DNA of 64,000 bases from an uncultured Nioella sp. (GCA_947498125.1 CANMJH010000003.1:349808-413807), one strand, 5' to 3'; counted from the first letter of the stretch, positions 1 to 11,219 are shown. Notes: a model not told the origin generated them from the letters alone. Program-made: numbers and translations.

Positions 1-39
1 GGCCAGCCGCATCCCGGGCAACGCACATGGCGCAACCTT

Positions 40-1218
40 TTGAAATCAGACCCTGCGGTCGATCTTGTGCATTTCACCATTTTGCGCCCGCCCGACCGCA
101 ATGACGGCGTGCCCGTGACCGAGCTGAGCCTTATCGCCTTTCCAACGCGTGAGCTGTTTTTGGAAACCATTGATGAATTTGATCTGGTGATCTTTGACCG
201 CTATCGGCGGCGCGGGATATTGCCGATGATCTATCTGGACAATGTACGCGGCTATGTGGAACGCGGCGGGGCGCTTTTGATGGCGACTGGGCCAGATTTC
301 GCCGCGGCGGATTCGCTTTTCCGTACGCCATTGGCCGAGATTATGCCGGGCCACCCAACCGCCCAAGTGATCGAAACGCCATTCCTGCCCGAGATCTCGG
401 ATATCGGCAGCCGACATCCGGTGACAACCGGGCTTGAAGACACGCATAGCCCCCTGCCGGGCAGCGATGCGCCATGGGGCCGCTGGCTGCGCCAGATCGA
501 AGTGACCGAGCATTCAGGGCAAACGGTTATGACCGGCGCGGATGGACGACCGTTGCTTATGCTCGATCGGGTGGGCGAAGGGCGCGTCGCGCTCTTGGCC
601 TCGGATCACGCTTGGCTCTGGGATCGCGGCTATGAGGGCGGCGGTCCGCAACTGGAATTGTTGCGCCGCTTGGCCCACTGGATGATGGGCGAGCCGGAGT
701 TAGAAGAAGAGGCTTTGCGCGCCGTTGCAAACGGACAAACCGTGACAATCACCCGGCAAACAATGGGCGAGGTCGCAGGCCCGATAACTGTGACCGGTCC
801 AGATGGCACGGTCATGACCGTGGATCTGGAAGAGGTTGCACCGGGACAGTTCACTGCGCAGATCGAAGGCGAAGAGATTGGGCTTTACCGGCTAAGCGAC
901 GGCACGCTGGACGCGGTTATTGCGCTTGGTCCAGCCGCCCCGCGTGAGTTTGAAAACACAATTGCCTCGGCAGAGGTGCTGCTGCCACTGGTCGATGCAC
1001 GCGAAGGTGGGGTGATGCGGCTGGAAGATGGCATGCCTGATCTGCGCCGCGTATCCGAAGGCCGCAACGCCGCCGGACGGGGCTGGCTGGGGATCACCCC
1101 GCGTGAGGCATATGTCACGACCGATGTCACGCTGCGCCCAATTTTGGCGGCGTGGTTGTATCTGCTATTGGCGGCGGGTTTAATGCTGGCGGCGTGGCTG
1201 CGCGAGGGGCGGCAATAG
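40..1218 (+). CDS. hypothetical protein with C-terminal transmembrane anchor; possibly the 3' part of a longer gene that starts upstream of the window
   Basis: 392-aa ORF ending in a hydrophobic helix (AAWLYLLLAAGLMLAAW); no recognised catalytic motif; the ORF begins 40 nt from the window edge. Confidence 0.45.
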   Translation: MKSDPAVDLVHFTILRPPDRNDGVPVTELSLIAFPTRELFLETIDEFDLVIFDRYRRRGILPMIYLDNVRGYVERGGALLMATGPDFAAADSLFRTPLAEIMPGHPTAQVIETPFLPEISDIGSRHPVTTGLEDTHSPLPGSDAPWGRWLRQIEVTEHSGQTVMTGADGRPLLMLDRVGEGRVALLASDHAWLWDRGYEGGGPQLELLRRLAHWMMGEPELEEEALRAVANGQTVTITRQTMGEVAGPITVTGPDGTVMTVDLEEVAPGQFTAQIEGEEIGLYRLSDGTLDAVIALGPAAPREFENTIASAEVLLPLVDAREGGVMRLEDGMPDLRRVSEGRNAAGRGWLGITPREAYVTTDVTLRPILAAWLYLLLAAGLMLAAWLREGRQ

Positions 1219-1219
1219 G

Positions 1220-1573
1220 TTAGGGTAGAGTTAGCTCTACCCTCGTTTCGGCCCATCCTGTGACATTGGTGCTTGCCCGGATATAGACCTCGGTGAGGTC
1301 ACTCGGGATCTCAACGTCATGCAAGGACCGCGTGAATGGCTGCTCGTTCACATGCGGGTGGTAGAGCGTGCGTGTGCCTAAAATCGTGCCGTCTTCATTC
1401 TCAACCCGCCAACCATCGGCATAGTCATCCCAACCTGTATCGCCGTGCTCCAGTGTCACTGCAAATGTCCATGCACCGGACTGCGGCGTCGCTTCTGCCC
1501 TGACAATCTCGGCTGGATCGGCAAAAGCGGGCAAGGCGGCAACGAAGGCCAAGATCAAAGAAAGCTGTTTCAT
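1220..1573 (-). CDS. small secreted hypothetical protein
   Basis: N-terminal signal peptide (MKQLSLILAFVAALPAFA); convergent with the upstream gene; no recognised domain. Confidence 0.5.
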   Translation of the reverse strand: MKQLSLILAFVAALPAFADPAEIVRAEATPQSGAWTFAVTLEHGDTGWDDYADGWRVENEDGTILGTRTLYHPHVNEQPFTRSLHDVEIPSDLTEVYIRASTNVTGWAETRVELTLP

Positions 1574-1630
1574 GCGCTCAGCATTATCGCGCGCCTTGCC
1601 CTATGTCATCTGACAGGGGCGTGAGCGGCG

Positions 1631-2350
1631 TTAATTGGCGGTGTCTTGCAAGTCGACAAGGATCTTTCGCGAATAGGACGCGAAATCGCGCGACCAGATG
1701 ATGGCGCTGACGACAAGTGTGGCTGCGATCAAAAAGACAGGTCCCAAAATCCATGCCAACACGGTCATCGAAAAATAGAGCGAACGTAACCCGCGGCTGA
1801 AATTCAATGCGGCGCGGATATTCATCTCGGCCGAAGCTAAGGCGCGCGGTATTGTCGACGGGTCGTCGACTTTATTCGGGATCGCGGCCATCAAGACCGC
1901 GCAATAGCCAAAAAGGCGGCTCGACCAGACGAATTTCAAAAGTGCGTGGAACAAAAACAACGCAACGCAGAAAAGCTTCACTTCGACAACCAGCGCTGGC
2001 AAACCGGCGAAGGTCAGATCTTCTGCGACGCCGAGCAAGTTTTCGGAATTTCCGATCAATGCCAAAAGCGCGCCCAAAGCAATCATCGAGGCGGATGCGA
2101 AGAAATTCGTGCTTTGACGCAAATCAGACAAAATCGCACCATCAAAGATCCTCGGCTCTCGTGTGATGCACTCTCGCATCCATTCTCTCCGGTATTCTTT
2201 CATAAGAACTGTCACTGAAGGGCGCGACGCCCGTTCCGATTCGATCCAGGCGCCCAGACCGGCCCAAGCAAGGACAGTTAGCGACAACGCAATAAGATCT
2301 AAGGACGAAAAGAGGGCGAGTTGATCGATAATTTGCATAAGGTCAGCCAT
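1631..2350 (-). CDS. DUF599-family integral membrane protein
   Basis: start taken at internal ATG (MADLMQ) preceded by a GGAGG RBS; several predicted TM helices; resembles the DUF599 family. Confidence 0.55.
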   Translation of the reverse strand: MADLMQIIDQLALFSSLDLIALSLTVLAWAGLGAWIESERASRPSVTVLMKEYRREWMRECITREPRIFDGAILSDLRQSTNFFASASMIALGALLALIGNSENLLGVAEDLTFAGLPALVVEVKLFCVALFLFHALLKFVWSSRLFGYCAVLMAAIPNKVDDPSTIPRALASAEMNIRAALNFSRGLRSLYFSMTVLAWILGPVFLIAATLVVSAIIWSRDFASYSRKILVDLQDTAN

Positions 2351-2420
2351 AGCCTCCGCTTGTTTGCTTGCCAACTTCGAAAATTGGTTATATTTATTTA
2401 CCAAATGAGAGGGTCTAACC

Positions 2421-3860
2421 ATGGAAATGCCAAAGCCAAGCGATCTTGTTCTGTCACGCAAAGCGCAGATCGTGGCGCAGCTACAGGCCGTTTTGCCAAA
2501 GGGCGCCGTCATCGATGACCCGATGGAAACACGCGCTTATGAATGCGATGCGCTTGCCGCCTACCGCTGTCCACCTATGGCTGCCGTGTTGCCAGCATCG
2601 ACCGAAGAAGTCGCGGCCGTCTTGAAAATCTGCCACGCCGAGAATGTCCCAGTTGTGCCGCGGGGCGCGGGAACCTCGCTTGCTGGCGGCGCATTGCCAA
2701 CCGAGGATTGTGTGATCTTGGGTGTCGCAAAAATGAATGAGGTGCTTGAGGTCGATTACGACAACCGCCTGATCCGCGTCGAAACTGGCCGTACCAACCT
2801 GTCTGTAACAGGTGCAGTTGAAGAAGACGGGTTCTTTTACGCTCCCGATCCGTCCAGCCAATTGGCCTGCGCCATTGCCGGAAATATCGCGATGAATTCT
2901 GGCGGGGCCCATTGTCTGAAATACGGGGTGACGACAAACAACCTTTTGGGCGTCAAAATGGTTTTGATGGATGGCACTGTGATCGAGATTGGCGGCGGGC
3001 ATCTGGATGCGGCAGGCTATGATCTTTTGGGCCTGATTTGTGGATCAGAAGGGCAACTGGGCGTCGTGACTGAAGCGACATTGCGCATTTTGCCAAAGCC
3101 CGAAGGCGCCCGGCCGATATTGGTCGGCTTTGATAGCAATGAAGTTGCGGGCCAATGCGTCAGCGATATCATCAAGGCCGGGGTTTTGCCGGTCGCCATT
3201 GAATTCATGGACCGCATTTGTATTCGTGCCACTGAAGATTTCGCCGGGGCGGGGTATCCTGATTGCGAGGCATTGTTGATTATCGAGGTTGAAGGCTCGG
3301 ATGCTGAGATTGACGAACAACTTGGCCTGATCAGCCAAATTGCCCGCAAACATGATCCTGTTGAACTGCGCGAAAGCCGCTCGGAAAAGGAAAGCGCCGC
3401 AATCTGGCTGGGGCGTAAATCTGCGTTTGGGGCGATGGGGCAGATCAACGATTACATGTGCCTCGATGGAACGATCCCGGTGTCGTCATTGCCATTTGTT
3501 TTGCGTCGGATCGGCGAGTTGAGCGAAGAGTTTGGCCTTGAAGTGGGCAATGTTTTTCATGCCGGTGATGGCAATATGCATCCGCTGATCCTTTTTGATG
3601 CCAATAAGCCCGGCGATCTGGAGCTATGTGAAAACCTTGGCGCCGAAATATTGAAACTCTGTGTCGAGGTCGGCGGCTGCCTGACCGGAGAGCATGGCGT
3701 CGGAATTGAAAAGCGTGACCTGATGGGAACCCAGTTCAATGAGGTCGATTTGGAATCCCAACTTGGCGTGAAAGATGTGTTTGACCCAAAATGGTTACTG
3801 AACCCGGCAAAAGTGTTTCCGCTTGAGCAGACCAAAACCCGCCGGGGGATGCCTGCATGA
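2421..3860 (+). CDS. glcD: glycolate oxidase FAD-linked subunit GlcD
   Basis: FAD-binding PCMH-type oxidase motifs (VVPRGAGTSLAGGALP); 4-nt overlap with the next gene; conserved glcDEF order. Confidence 0.9.
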   Translation: MEMPKPSDLVLSRKAQIVAQLQAVLPKGAVIDDPMETRAYECDALAAYRCPPMAAVLPASTEEVAAVLKICHAENVPVVPRGAGTSLAGGALPTEDCVILGVAKMNEVLEVDYDNRLIRVETGRTNLSVTGAVEEDGFFYAPDPSSQLACAIAGNIAMNSGGAHCLKYGVTTNNLLGVKMVLMDGTVIEIGGGHLDAAGYDLLGLICGSEGQLGVVTEATLRILPKPEGARPILVGFDSNEVAGQCVSDIIKAGVLPVAIEFMDRICIRATEDFAGAGYPDCEALLIIEVEGSDAEIDEQLGLISQIARKHDPVELRESRSEKESAAIWLGRKSAFGAMGQINDYMCLDGTIPVSSLPFVLRRIGELSEEFGLEVGNVFHAGDGNMHPLILFDANKPGDLELCENLGAEILKLCVEVGGCLTGEHGVGIEKRDLMGTQFNEVDLESQLGVKDVFDPKWLLNPAKVFPLEQTKTRRGMPA

Positions 3861-4996
3861 GTTCCAAACTTATTTGCCCCGCGAGCGAGTCGGAGTTGTC
3901 GCAAGTCATCAATGATGCAAGCGGTCCGCTCACTGTTATCGGTGCCGGAACGCGTGGCTTTGCCTCCATGAATGGCGGGCAGACTCTGTCGACGCGCGCT
4001 TTGACAGGTATCGACCTATATGAACCCGGCGCGCTGACAATCGTTGCGAAGGCCGGCACGCCCCTTGCCGAGATTGAAGACGCTTTGGCCGCTGAAAACC
4101 AACGTCTTCCGTTTGAGCCAATGGATCATCGGCCACTTTTGGGGACTTCGGGCGCGCCGACAATTGGCGGCGTGGTGGCGGCGAACGCCTCGGGCCCGCG
4201 CCGCATTCAAGCGGGCGCAGCACGCGATAGTTTGATCGGGGTGCGCTTCGTGGATGGACAAGGGGCTGCGATCAAAAACGGTGGGCGTGTGATGAAGAAC
4301 GTCACGGGCTACGACCTCGTGAAAGTGATGGCGGGCAGCTTTGGAACATTGGGCGTGCTGACCGAAGTGGCGTTCAAGGTGTTGCCTGGTGTGGCGACGC
4401 AGGCTTGTGTTTTGATCGACGGGCTTTCTAACGACGATGCCGTAAAGGCGATGTCGGCGGCGCTCGGCTCCCCCTATGAAGTTTCGGGGGCCGCTCATAC
4501 GCCAGCAGGACTTGACGGGCACCCGGTCACGATGTTGCGGCTTGAGGGCTTTGCCGACAGCGTTGCCTATCGCTCGGGCCGCCTCAAGGCGCTGTTGCAG
4601 TCTTTTGGCGACTGCTCCGTCGAAACCGATCCGGAAAAGGTTTCCGCTGGCTGGGTTTGGGTGCGCGATGTCGCAACGTTCGAAGGCCGCCCCGGTGATG
4701 TCTGGCGGCTGTCTGTCAAACCAAGCGATGGTCCTGATGTTGCCGCGCGTGCCGGCGGCGATGTTCTTTTTGACTGGGGCGGGGGGCTGATTTGGGCGCT
4801 TGTGCCGGAAGGCACTGACATGCGCGTGCGATTGGCCGATTTTGAAGGTCACGCAACCCTGATCCGCGCCAGCGATGATACCAAAGCCAAGCTTGGCGTG
4901 TTCCACCCAGAACCCGCGCCTGTGGCGGCCTTGTCATCAGGGCTAAGGCGCAAGTTCGACCCAAAGGGCATCCTTAATTCCGGATTGATGGGCTAA
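3857..4996 (+). CDS. glcE: glycolate oxidase FAD-binding subunit GlcE
   Basis: FAD-binding-domain-like sequence, translationally coupled between glcD and glcF. Confidence 0.85.
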   Translation: MSSKLICPASESELSQVINDASGPLTVIGAGTRGFASMNGGQTLSTRALTGIDLYEPGALTIVAKAGTPLAEIEDALAAENQRLPFEPMDHRPLLGTSGAPTIGGVVAANASGPRRIQAGAARDSLIGVRFVDGQGAAIKNGGRVMKNVTGYDLVKVMAGSFGTLGVLTEVAFKVLPGVATQACVLIDGLSNDDAVKAMSAALGSPYEVSGAAHTPAGLDGHPVTMLRLEGFADSVAYRSGRLKALLQSFGDCSVETDPEKVSAGWVWVRDVATFEGRPGDVWRLSVKPSDGPDVAARAGGDVLFDWGGGLIWALVPEGTDMRVRLADFEGHATLIRASDDTKAKLGVFHPEPAPVAALSSGLRRKFDPKGILNSGLMG

Positions 4997-5000
4997 GACA

Positions 5001-6317
5001 ATGCAAACATTTTTTACGCCCGACCAACTTACCGATCCCGGTACCGAACGCTCGAACGAGATCCTGCGCAAATGTGTCCATTGCGGGTTTTGCACCGCCA
5101 CATGCCCCACTTACCAAGTGCTGGGCGATGAGCTGGACAGCCCTAGGGGGCGAATCTATCTGATCAAGGACATGCTTGAATCGGGCCGCCCGGCAGATGA
5201 AAAGACGGTCAAACATATCGATCGCTGTCTGTCTTGTTTGGCCTGCATGAGCACGTGCCCTTCAGGCGTGCATTACATGCATCTGGTCGACCATGCCCGC
5301 GCCTACATCGAAAAGACGTATAAGCGGCCTTTCATGGACAGGATGCTGCGTTGGACACTGGCGCGCATTCTGCCTTATCCGATGCGATTTCGCGCGGCGC
5401 TTGCGGCCGCCAATCTGGGGCGACCTTTTGCATTTCTGATGCCGGATGCCCGGCTCAAAGCGATGCTGCAAATGGCGCCGAAACACATCCCTCCGGTCAG
5501 CCGCAATGACGACCCGCAAAGCTTTGCCCCGCAAGGCCCCCGCAAAAAGCGGGTCGCCTTGATGACGGGCTGCGCCCAAAAAGCGCTGAATACGGACATT
5601 AACGATGCCACCATTCGGCTGTTGCGCCGCTTAGGGTGTGAGGTGGTGATTGCGAAAGGCGCTGGCTGTTGCGGGGCGCTGACCCATCACATGGGCCGCG
5701 AAGACGAAAGCCATAAAACCGCTGCCAAAAATATCCGCGCTTGGAATGCCGAAATGGCAGATGAAGGCTTGGATGCTATTGTTATCAACACCTCGGGGTG
5801 CGGTACGACGGTGAAAGATTACGGGCATATGTTCCGCAATGACCCGCTCGCGTCGGACGCGAAGGCTGTTTCGGATATCGCAATGGATATCTCAGAGCTT
5901 TTGATGCAACTCGACCTACCCGAAGGCGAGCAAAAAGACCTAACCGTCGCCTATCATTCAGCATGTTCGCTCCAGCACGGTCAGCAGATTAAAACGCATC
6001 CTAAGACCTTGCTGAAACGCGCCGGGTTCAAAGTGGTAGAACCTGCCGACCCTCATTTGTGTTGCGGATCGGCCGGGACGTATAACCTGATGCAGCCAGA
6101 GATTTCCGGCCAACTAAAAGACCGCAAGGTAAAGACGTTGGAAGCCAAGAACCCTGACGTGATTGCAGCGGGCAATATCGGCTGCATGATCCAGATCGGA
6201 AGCGGCACGGGCGTGCCGGTCGTTCACACGGTCGAGCTCTTGGATTGGGCGACAGGCGGACCGCGTCCACGCAGTTTGGATGGCAGCCCGGCATCAGAGG
6301 TTCCAATCTTGCGCTAG
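5001..6317 (+). CDS. glcF: glycolate oxidase iron-sulfur subunit GlcF
   Basis: two 4Fe-4S Cys clusters (CVHCGFCTATCP; CLSCLACMSTCP) and C-terminal CCG motifs. Confidence 0.9.
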   Translation: MQTFFTPDQLTDPGTERSNEILRKCVHCGFCTATCPTYQVLGDELDSPRGRIYLIKDMLESGRPADEKTVKHIDRCLSCLACMSTCPSGVHYMHLVDHARAYIEKTYKRPFMDRMLRWTLARILPYPMRFRAALAAANLGRPFAFLMPDARLKAMLQMAPKHIPPVSRNDDPQSFAPQGPRKKRVALMTGCAQKALNTDINDATIRLLRRLGCEVVIAKGAGCCGALTHHMGREDESHKTAAKNIRAWNAEMADEGLDAIVINTSGCGTTVKDYGHMFRNDPLASDAKAVSDIAMDISELLMQLDLPEGEQKDLTVAYHSACSLQHGQQIKTHPKTLLKRAGFKVVEPADPHLCCGSAGTYNLMQPEISGQLKDRKVKTLEAKNPDVIAAGNIGCMIQIGSGTGVPVVHTVELLDWATGGPRPRSLDGSPASEVPILR

Positions 6318-6386
6318 GGGCCAAATTTTCGCCCAGTTTCACAGCTATTCCCGGTCAAAACAAAGTTAATAACCGGGAAACTCCCC

Positions 6387-7229
6387 ATGCGTGCCACTAT
6401 CCTCTCGTTGTTTCTGGCCATAACGGCCACGGCGTCCAGCGCTCAAACGATGCCGACGATTGAGCCTGAAGGGCCACCCTTGCGGGAAGTCACAGGGCAG
6501 GGCACCGAACGTCAGTGGCAGGCTGTGGGCCGCTTCGACAATGGCGCGGGGTTTTGCACAGGCACGTTGATTGCTGCGGATTTGGTGCTGACGGCGGCCC
6601 ATTGCCTGTTTGATGCATCAACCGGAGAGCGCCTGCCTGAGGCGCGGTTTTCTTTCAATGCGGGCCTTCGCAACGGGCATCCAGTGGCCTATCGCACCGT
6701 GCGCCGCTCGGTGATGCATCCAAACTACGCGTTTGATCTTTCGGATGAGCTGGACCGGGTTCGCAGTGACATCGCGCTGCTCGAGCTTGACCGCCCAATC
6801 CCATCCGGCACCGTTACGCCGATCCCTGCACGTGGCCGGGCCAGTGAAGGGGACAGGGTCCAAATCGTGTCTTATGGGCGCGACCGCGAAGAATATGCCT
6901 CGCTTGAGGAAGGCTGCAGTGTGCGCGCCGGGGATGATGGGTTGCAGGTGCTCAGTTGCCATATCGATCCCGGATCGTCTGGCTCGCCGGTTTTCATGAG
7001 CAGTCAGGGGCAGATTGGCATCGTTTCTGTAATCTCGGCGCATGCCAATTGGCGCAATGATCCCGTGGCCTTGGCCGCGGATCTTGGGGGCGGTTTGGCA
7101 CCGCTTCTGGATATCCTTGAACGCAATGACGATGTTTTCGCGCGCGATGCAGCGCGTGTGCGAACCTTGACCTTTGGCAATGACGGCCAATCCGATATCG
7201 GCGCAAGATTCATCCGCGTTAGCCCTTGA
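6387..7229 (+). CDS. secreted trypsin-like (S1 family) serine protease
   Basis: signal peptide; catalytic His motif TAAHC; Ser motif DPGSSGSPVF. Confidence 0.8.
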   Translation: MRATILSLFLAITATASSAQTMPTIEPEGPPLREVTGQGTERQWQAVGRFDNGAGFCTGTLIAADLVLTAAHCLFDASTGERLPEARFSFNAGLRNGHPVAYRTVRRSVMHPNYAFDLSDELDRVRSDIALLELDRPIPSGTVTPIPARGRASEGDRVQIVSYGRDREEYASLEEGCSVRAGDDGLQVLSCHIDPGSSGSPVFMSSQGQIGIVSVISAHANWRNDPVALAADLGGGLAPLLDILERNDDVFARDAARVRTLTFGNDGQSDIGARFIRVSP

Positions 7230-7363
7230 ACCTGGCCAATCCTCTACCCAGATAAATCTAGTCACGGTGCCCAGATGGGGCCGCGGCAATCTGAAAAAAC
7301 GGGCAGGTCCATCACGGACTGTCTGACTTGATTTGGTATCGCTCAAAAATAGAGGATGACCCT

Positions 7364-7819
7364 ATGCGTAACCTTGACTACTCCCCCCTTTATCGCGCTT
7401 CCGTTGGCTTTGACCGTGTCGCAGACATGCTTGACCGCGTCATGAGCCAGGATTTGCCGTCCAACACTTACCCGCCCTACAATATTGAAAAGACATCGGA
7501 TGATGCCTATCGCATTTCCGTCGCGGTTGCGGGATTTGCAGGCGACGATCTAAACGTCGAACAGCGTGAAAACGCCCTTCTGATCTCAGCACGCAAAGCC
7601 AAAGCAGATGATGCAGCGACCAGCTATCTTCATCGCGGCATTGCCACACGTGCCTTTGAAAAGCGCTTTACCTTGGCCGATCATGTTCGGGTGACCGGCG
7701 CGACCCATGAAAACGGCATGCTTCATGTCGATTTGGTGCGCGAAGTGCCCGAAGCATTGAAGCCTCGCCAGATTGAGATCGCCTCAACTGCGCCAGCACA
7801 GGCGGCTATCGAAGCCTAA
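7364..7819 (+). CDS. Hsp20/IbpA-family small heat-shock protein
   Basis: alpha-crystallin-domain-like sequence; start set at ATG 7364 after an AGAGGA RBS. Confidence 0.8.
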   Translation: MRNLDYSPLYRASVGFDRVADMLDRVMSQDLPSNTYPPYNIEKTSDDAYRISVAVAGFAGDDLNVEQRENALLISARKAKADDAATSYLHRGIATRAFEKRFTLADHVRVTGATHENGMLHVDLVREVPEALKPRQIEIASTAPAQAAIEA

Positions 7820-7917
7820 GCCTTTTAGATCCCCGAGACTGTTCCTCCGTCCCCCCGTTGTCTCGGGTTCGGCGCGGCCCCTGTTGGGCTGCGCCGATTA
7901 TGCATTTTGGAGGAAGG

Positions 7918-8790
7918 TCAGAACCACTGGCCGGGCTCCATCAGCCCAAGCTCCATCAATTGTTTGGACGACCAATAGAACCGCGCAGATTTGTGCCAGT
8001 TAAACGTATCAACATCATGGCGCGATCCGGGGTTGGACCGAAGCGCCTTAGCAACACGGAACGAACAAATCGTTCCAGACAGTGAATGGTGCCACTGACA
8101 TGTGTAGGTGTTCATTTCTTCGTTATTGAGCGTGTGATCCTCGCGCAATTCCAAGCCCTCTTTGGCTTGAAAAAGGCCCACCCTGTCAATCTTACGTTTC
8201 GGGATTGGGACGTGTTCTTCAAAACGCCACCGCAGACCGCCGTAAAAGTTTAACTGCCGGTCCAGAACGTCATCATCTTCATTGCGACGCGTTTCAGCGT
8301 AATAGCCAGAGCTGTCCAAATGCGCGCTCTCTAAACTGACGGCATCGGGATATTGCGACAGGTTCTCTGCATACAGATCCACAACATAGGTCAAAATGGT
8401 ATCTCGCCGCTCTTCCATCACAAAAGCGATGGCTTCGCCGACGCGGCGCTGCTCGCAGAACGGATAAAAAAGGTATTCGGCGTTGTAGCAGTAGTGAATC
8501 CACTCGCCAGGTGCGAGGCGGATCAAAGTGTTCACCATCTCCTGCGCTGTCCCGGCGGTACGGGTGGGGTGGCGGATAACATCAATGATACTTGGATCGT
8601 CGACGCCCGTTGGCAGGTCAACATCATGCGGCGCAACCAAAAAGATACGCCTAAACCCTAAATGGGTGACGTGATCGAGGGTCGAGGCCAGTTCCGTCTG
8701 GTCCTCGGCAATCACGACCGCAAACGGCCCTTTGCCCAGATCGTTGCGCTTTGCGTTGCTCTCGAAGGCTTTGATAGAGGAGTGGATCAT
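7918..8790 (-). CDS. hypothetical protein (291 aa)
   Basis: start set at internal ATG 8790 (MIHSSIKAF); no recognised domain; divergent from miaB. Confidence 0.45.
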   Translation of the reverse strand: MIHSSIKAFESNAKRNDLGKGPFAVVIAEDQTELASTLDHVTHLGFRRIFLVAPHDVDLPTGVDDPSIIDVIRHPTRTAGTAQEMVNTLIRLAPGEWIHYCYNAEYLFYPFCEQRRVGEAIAFVMEERRDTILTYVVDLYAENLSQYPDAVSLESAHLDSSGYYAETRRNEDDDVLDRQLNFYGGLRWRFEEHVPIPKRKIDRVGLFQAKEGLELREDHTLNNEEMNTYTCQWHHSLSGTICSFRVAKALRSNPGSRHDVDTFNWHKSARFYWSSKQLMELGLMEPGQWF

Positions 8791-8930
8791 CTGCCTGTTC
8801 TTATTCTGCTGCTCGGCCCATACTCTGCCCGTCACGTTTCGATTTTGCAAACGACAACCGCATGCATGGATTGAAGCAGCGCCGCGCTTGCGGTAGATGG
8901 CCCGAAACCCGCGCCAAGGAGGCCGCCCCA

Positions 8931-10250
8931 ATGTCCGAGCCGAAAAAGCTCTTTGTGAAAACCTATGGCTGTCAGATGAACGTCTATGACAGCGAGCGCA
9001 TGGCCGAGGCTTTGGGCAGCGAAGGCTATGAGCAGGTGGGCACGGCGGAAGAGGCCGATATGATCCTGCTCAATACGTGTCATATTCGGGAAAAGGCCGC
9101 CGAGAAGGTCTATTCCGAACTTGGCCGGATGCGGCCCCTGCGCGAAGCGAACCCAGATCTGAAGATTGGCGTCGCTGGCTGTGTGGCGCAAGCCGAGGGC
9201 GAAGAGATTATGAACCGTCAGCCGATGGTTGATCTGGTTGTAGGCCCGCAAACCTATCACCGCCTGCCGGAAATGGCCCGCAAGGTCGAAGCGGGTGAAA
9301 AAGCGCTAGATACAGATTTTCCCGAAGAAGATAAATTTGCGCATCTGCCGAAAGCGCGGAAGCCTAAGCGCGGACCAACCGCCTTTCTGACCGTTCAGGA
9401 AGGGTGCGATAAGTTTTGCGCGTTCTGCGTTGTGCCCTACACACGCGGCGCCGAAGTCAGCCGCCCTGCCGACCGCCTGCTGCGCGAAGCCAATGAGTTG
9501 GTAGAGCGCGGCGTGCGGGAAATCACGCTTCTCGGGCAAAACGTCAACGCCTATCACGGGCAAGGTGACGGCGGTGAATGGGGTCTAGCCAAGTTGATCC
9601 GTGAGATGGCCAAGGTAGACGGGCTGGAGCGTATTCGCTTCACCACCTCGCACCCCAATGACATGGAAGATGATCTGATCGCCGCCCATGGCGATTGCGA
9701 AAAGCTGATGCCGTATCTGCATTTGCCGGTGCAATCGGGATCGGACAAGATCCTTAAGGCAATGAATCGCAAGCACACGGCCGAAGAGTATATTCGCCTG
9801 ATCGAGCGCATCCGCGCCGCGCGGCCCGATCTATTGCTATCGGGTGACTTTATCGTTGGCTTCCCCGGCGAAACCGAAGCGGATTTCCAAGCGACGATGG
9901 ATTTGGTTGAAACGGTTGGCTACGGGCAGGCCTATAGCTTCAAATACTCCTCACGTCCCGGTACGCCCGCCGCTGAGAAGCCGCCCGTTGATGATGCGAC
10001 CTCAAGCGAGCGCCTTCAGCGGTTGCAAGCGCTTCTGAGCAAGCAACAATACGCTGTGCAGGACAGTATGGTTGGCCGCGAGGTTCAAGTTCTATTTGAA
10101 AAAGATGGGCGGTTGCCGGGGCAGTTGATCGGCAAATCCGAGTATTTGCATGCGGTGCACGCCCTCGCGCCGCAAAACCTTAAAGGTGAGATCGCAAAAG
10201 TGCGCATCGTTGAAAGCGCCAAAAACTCCCTTAAAGGCGAATTGATCTGA
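8931..10250 (+). CDS. miaB: tRNA-i6A37 methylthiotransferase MiaB
   Basis: radical-SAM CxxxCxxC (CDKFCAFC); N-terminal MTTase Cys residues; TRAM C-terminus; AAGGAGG RBS before ATG 8931. Confidence 0.9.
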   Translation: MSEPKKLFVKTYGCQMNVYDSERMAEALGSEGYEQVGTAEEADMILLNTCHIREKAAEKVYSELGRMRPLREANPDLKIGVAGCVAQAEGEEIMNRQPMVDLVVGPQTYHRLPEMARKVEAGEKALDTDFPEEDKFAHLPKARKPKRGPTAFLTVQEGCDKFCAFCVVPYTRGAEVSRPADRLLREANELVERGVREITLLGQNVNAYHGQGDGGEWGLAKLIREMAKVDGLERIRFTTSHPNDMEDDLIAAHGDCEKLMPYLHLPVQSGSDKILKAMNRKHTAEEYIRLIERIRAARPDLLLSGDFIVGFPGETEADFQATMDLVETVGYGQAYSFKYSSRPGTPAAEKPPVDDATSSERLQRLQALLSKQQYAVQDSMVGREVQVLFEKDGRLPGQLIGKSEYLHAVHALAPQNLKGEIAKVRIVESAKNSLKGELI

Positions 10251-10257
10251 CATAAAA

Positions 10258-10290
10258 AAGAGGCCCCGTCCCCACGCGGGCCTCTTTTTC
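10258..10290 (+). terminator. Rho-independent terminator after miaB
   Basis: GC hairpin agaggccccgtccccacgcgggcctct followed by ttttt. Confidence 0.7.
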
Positions 10291-10314
10291 TGATCGTGTT
10301 ACCCGGTTGAGCGC

Positions 10315-10707
10315 TCAGGAGCCGGGATGCCAGTGTGGCGGGTTATCCTGAAAAATCTGCATCATGACAGCCTGACTGTGGCCAGGATTGTCGACGCCAT
10401 CGATGTCACGGCAAACCCGCTCGGCAATGGCGTGCGCTTCCGGGAACGTATATCCCGCGTTTACCAGCGTATCGACAAAGACCGGTTCGGGCCGGTCCCA
10501 AATGACGTCATTCCACGGGCCGCGGAAGCAGCTGATCGTGACATGAACGCGTTCAACGACTGTTGCGTTGTGGTGGTGGCTTTGCGGGTGAACATGGCCG
10601 TGATTATGGCCGTGCCCATATCCGTTATGTACTCCATCGGCCAAGGCCATTGGCGCCGCCATAGACAGGCCGGCCAAAAGAGCAGTTGCAAGTAGTGAGC
10701 GCTTCAT
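10315..10707 (-). CDS. secreted histidine-rich protein (possible periplasmic metal-binding)
   Basis: signal peptide; His-rich tract HNGYGHGHNHGHVHPQSHHHN; C-terminal domain with two Cys. Confidence 0.6.
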   Translation of the reverse strand: MKRSLLATALLAGLSMAAPMALADGVHNGYGHGHNHGHVHPQSHHHNATVVERVHVTISCFRGPWNDVIWDRPEPVFVDTLVNAGYTFPEAHAIAERVCRDIDGVDNPGHSQAVMMQIFQDNPPHWHPGS

Positions 10708-11219
10708 AGCTACCCATCCTTTCGTAGTGCGTACATTGTCTGCCGAAATTTGGGTGAACTGGTTCGTGCCAGGCCTACCCCCTTGCCTGTTATGCGCCCA
10801 GTTTACCTTTCATTTACCTTCTGTGAAGTCACGAGCACGTTTGCAGGGGGTTTTGGGAAACGATCAGATAGCGGAATTTCGATTGTCGCCCGCTTGGCGA
10901 CAAACGACTCAAATTTCCGCAGGAGCGCCTGAAAAATGCCGCATTTCCATTAGCGTCAACCCAAGAAAAACCGAATCGGTTAACTGCTGGCAGCCAAGGA
11001 GCGCGACATCCTATTCGTTAGCCAATTCTTAATGAGATGCGAAAAACTCCTGCTAAATGTAACTAACGTCTATAAGTTTGTATTAGTCACAAATTCTGGC
11101 GATTTTTCCTTCCATTGCCGCTAAATCTTGATATCCTTAGACAAAATTGATGAATGCGGCAGTTCCGTTTTTGCGGTGATCCTGCCGATTTTAACGGGAC
11201 GAAGGGGGAAATCGCCAAG

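Noticed and set aside
1225-1245. Perfect hairpin gggtagag-ttag-ctctaccc at the convergent gene junction
   Set aside because: It lies inside the 3' coding end of the minus-strand gene and has no T-run. It is probably a coincidental or weak bidirectional terminator, not a distinct element.
2481-3448. Several 100-170-aa minus-strand ORFs
   Set aside because: All lie within and antisense to glcD.
4016-4906. 296-aa minus-strand ORF
   Set aside because: Antisense to glcE. The Arg/Ala-rich translation is a GC-driven spurious frame.
8353-8661. 102-aa plus-strand ORF
   Set aside because: It lies within and antisense to the 7918-8790 gene and has no RBS.
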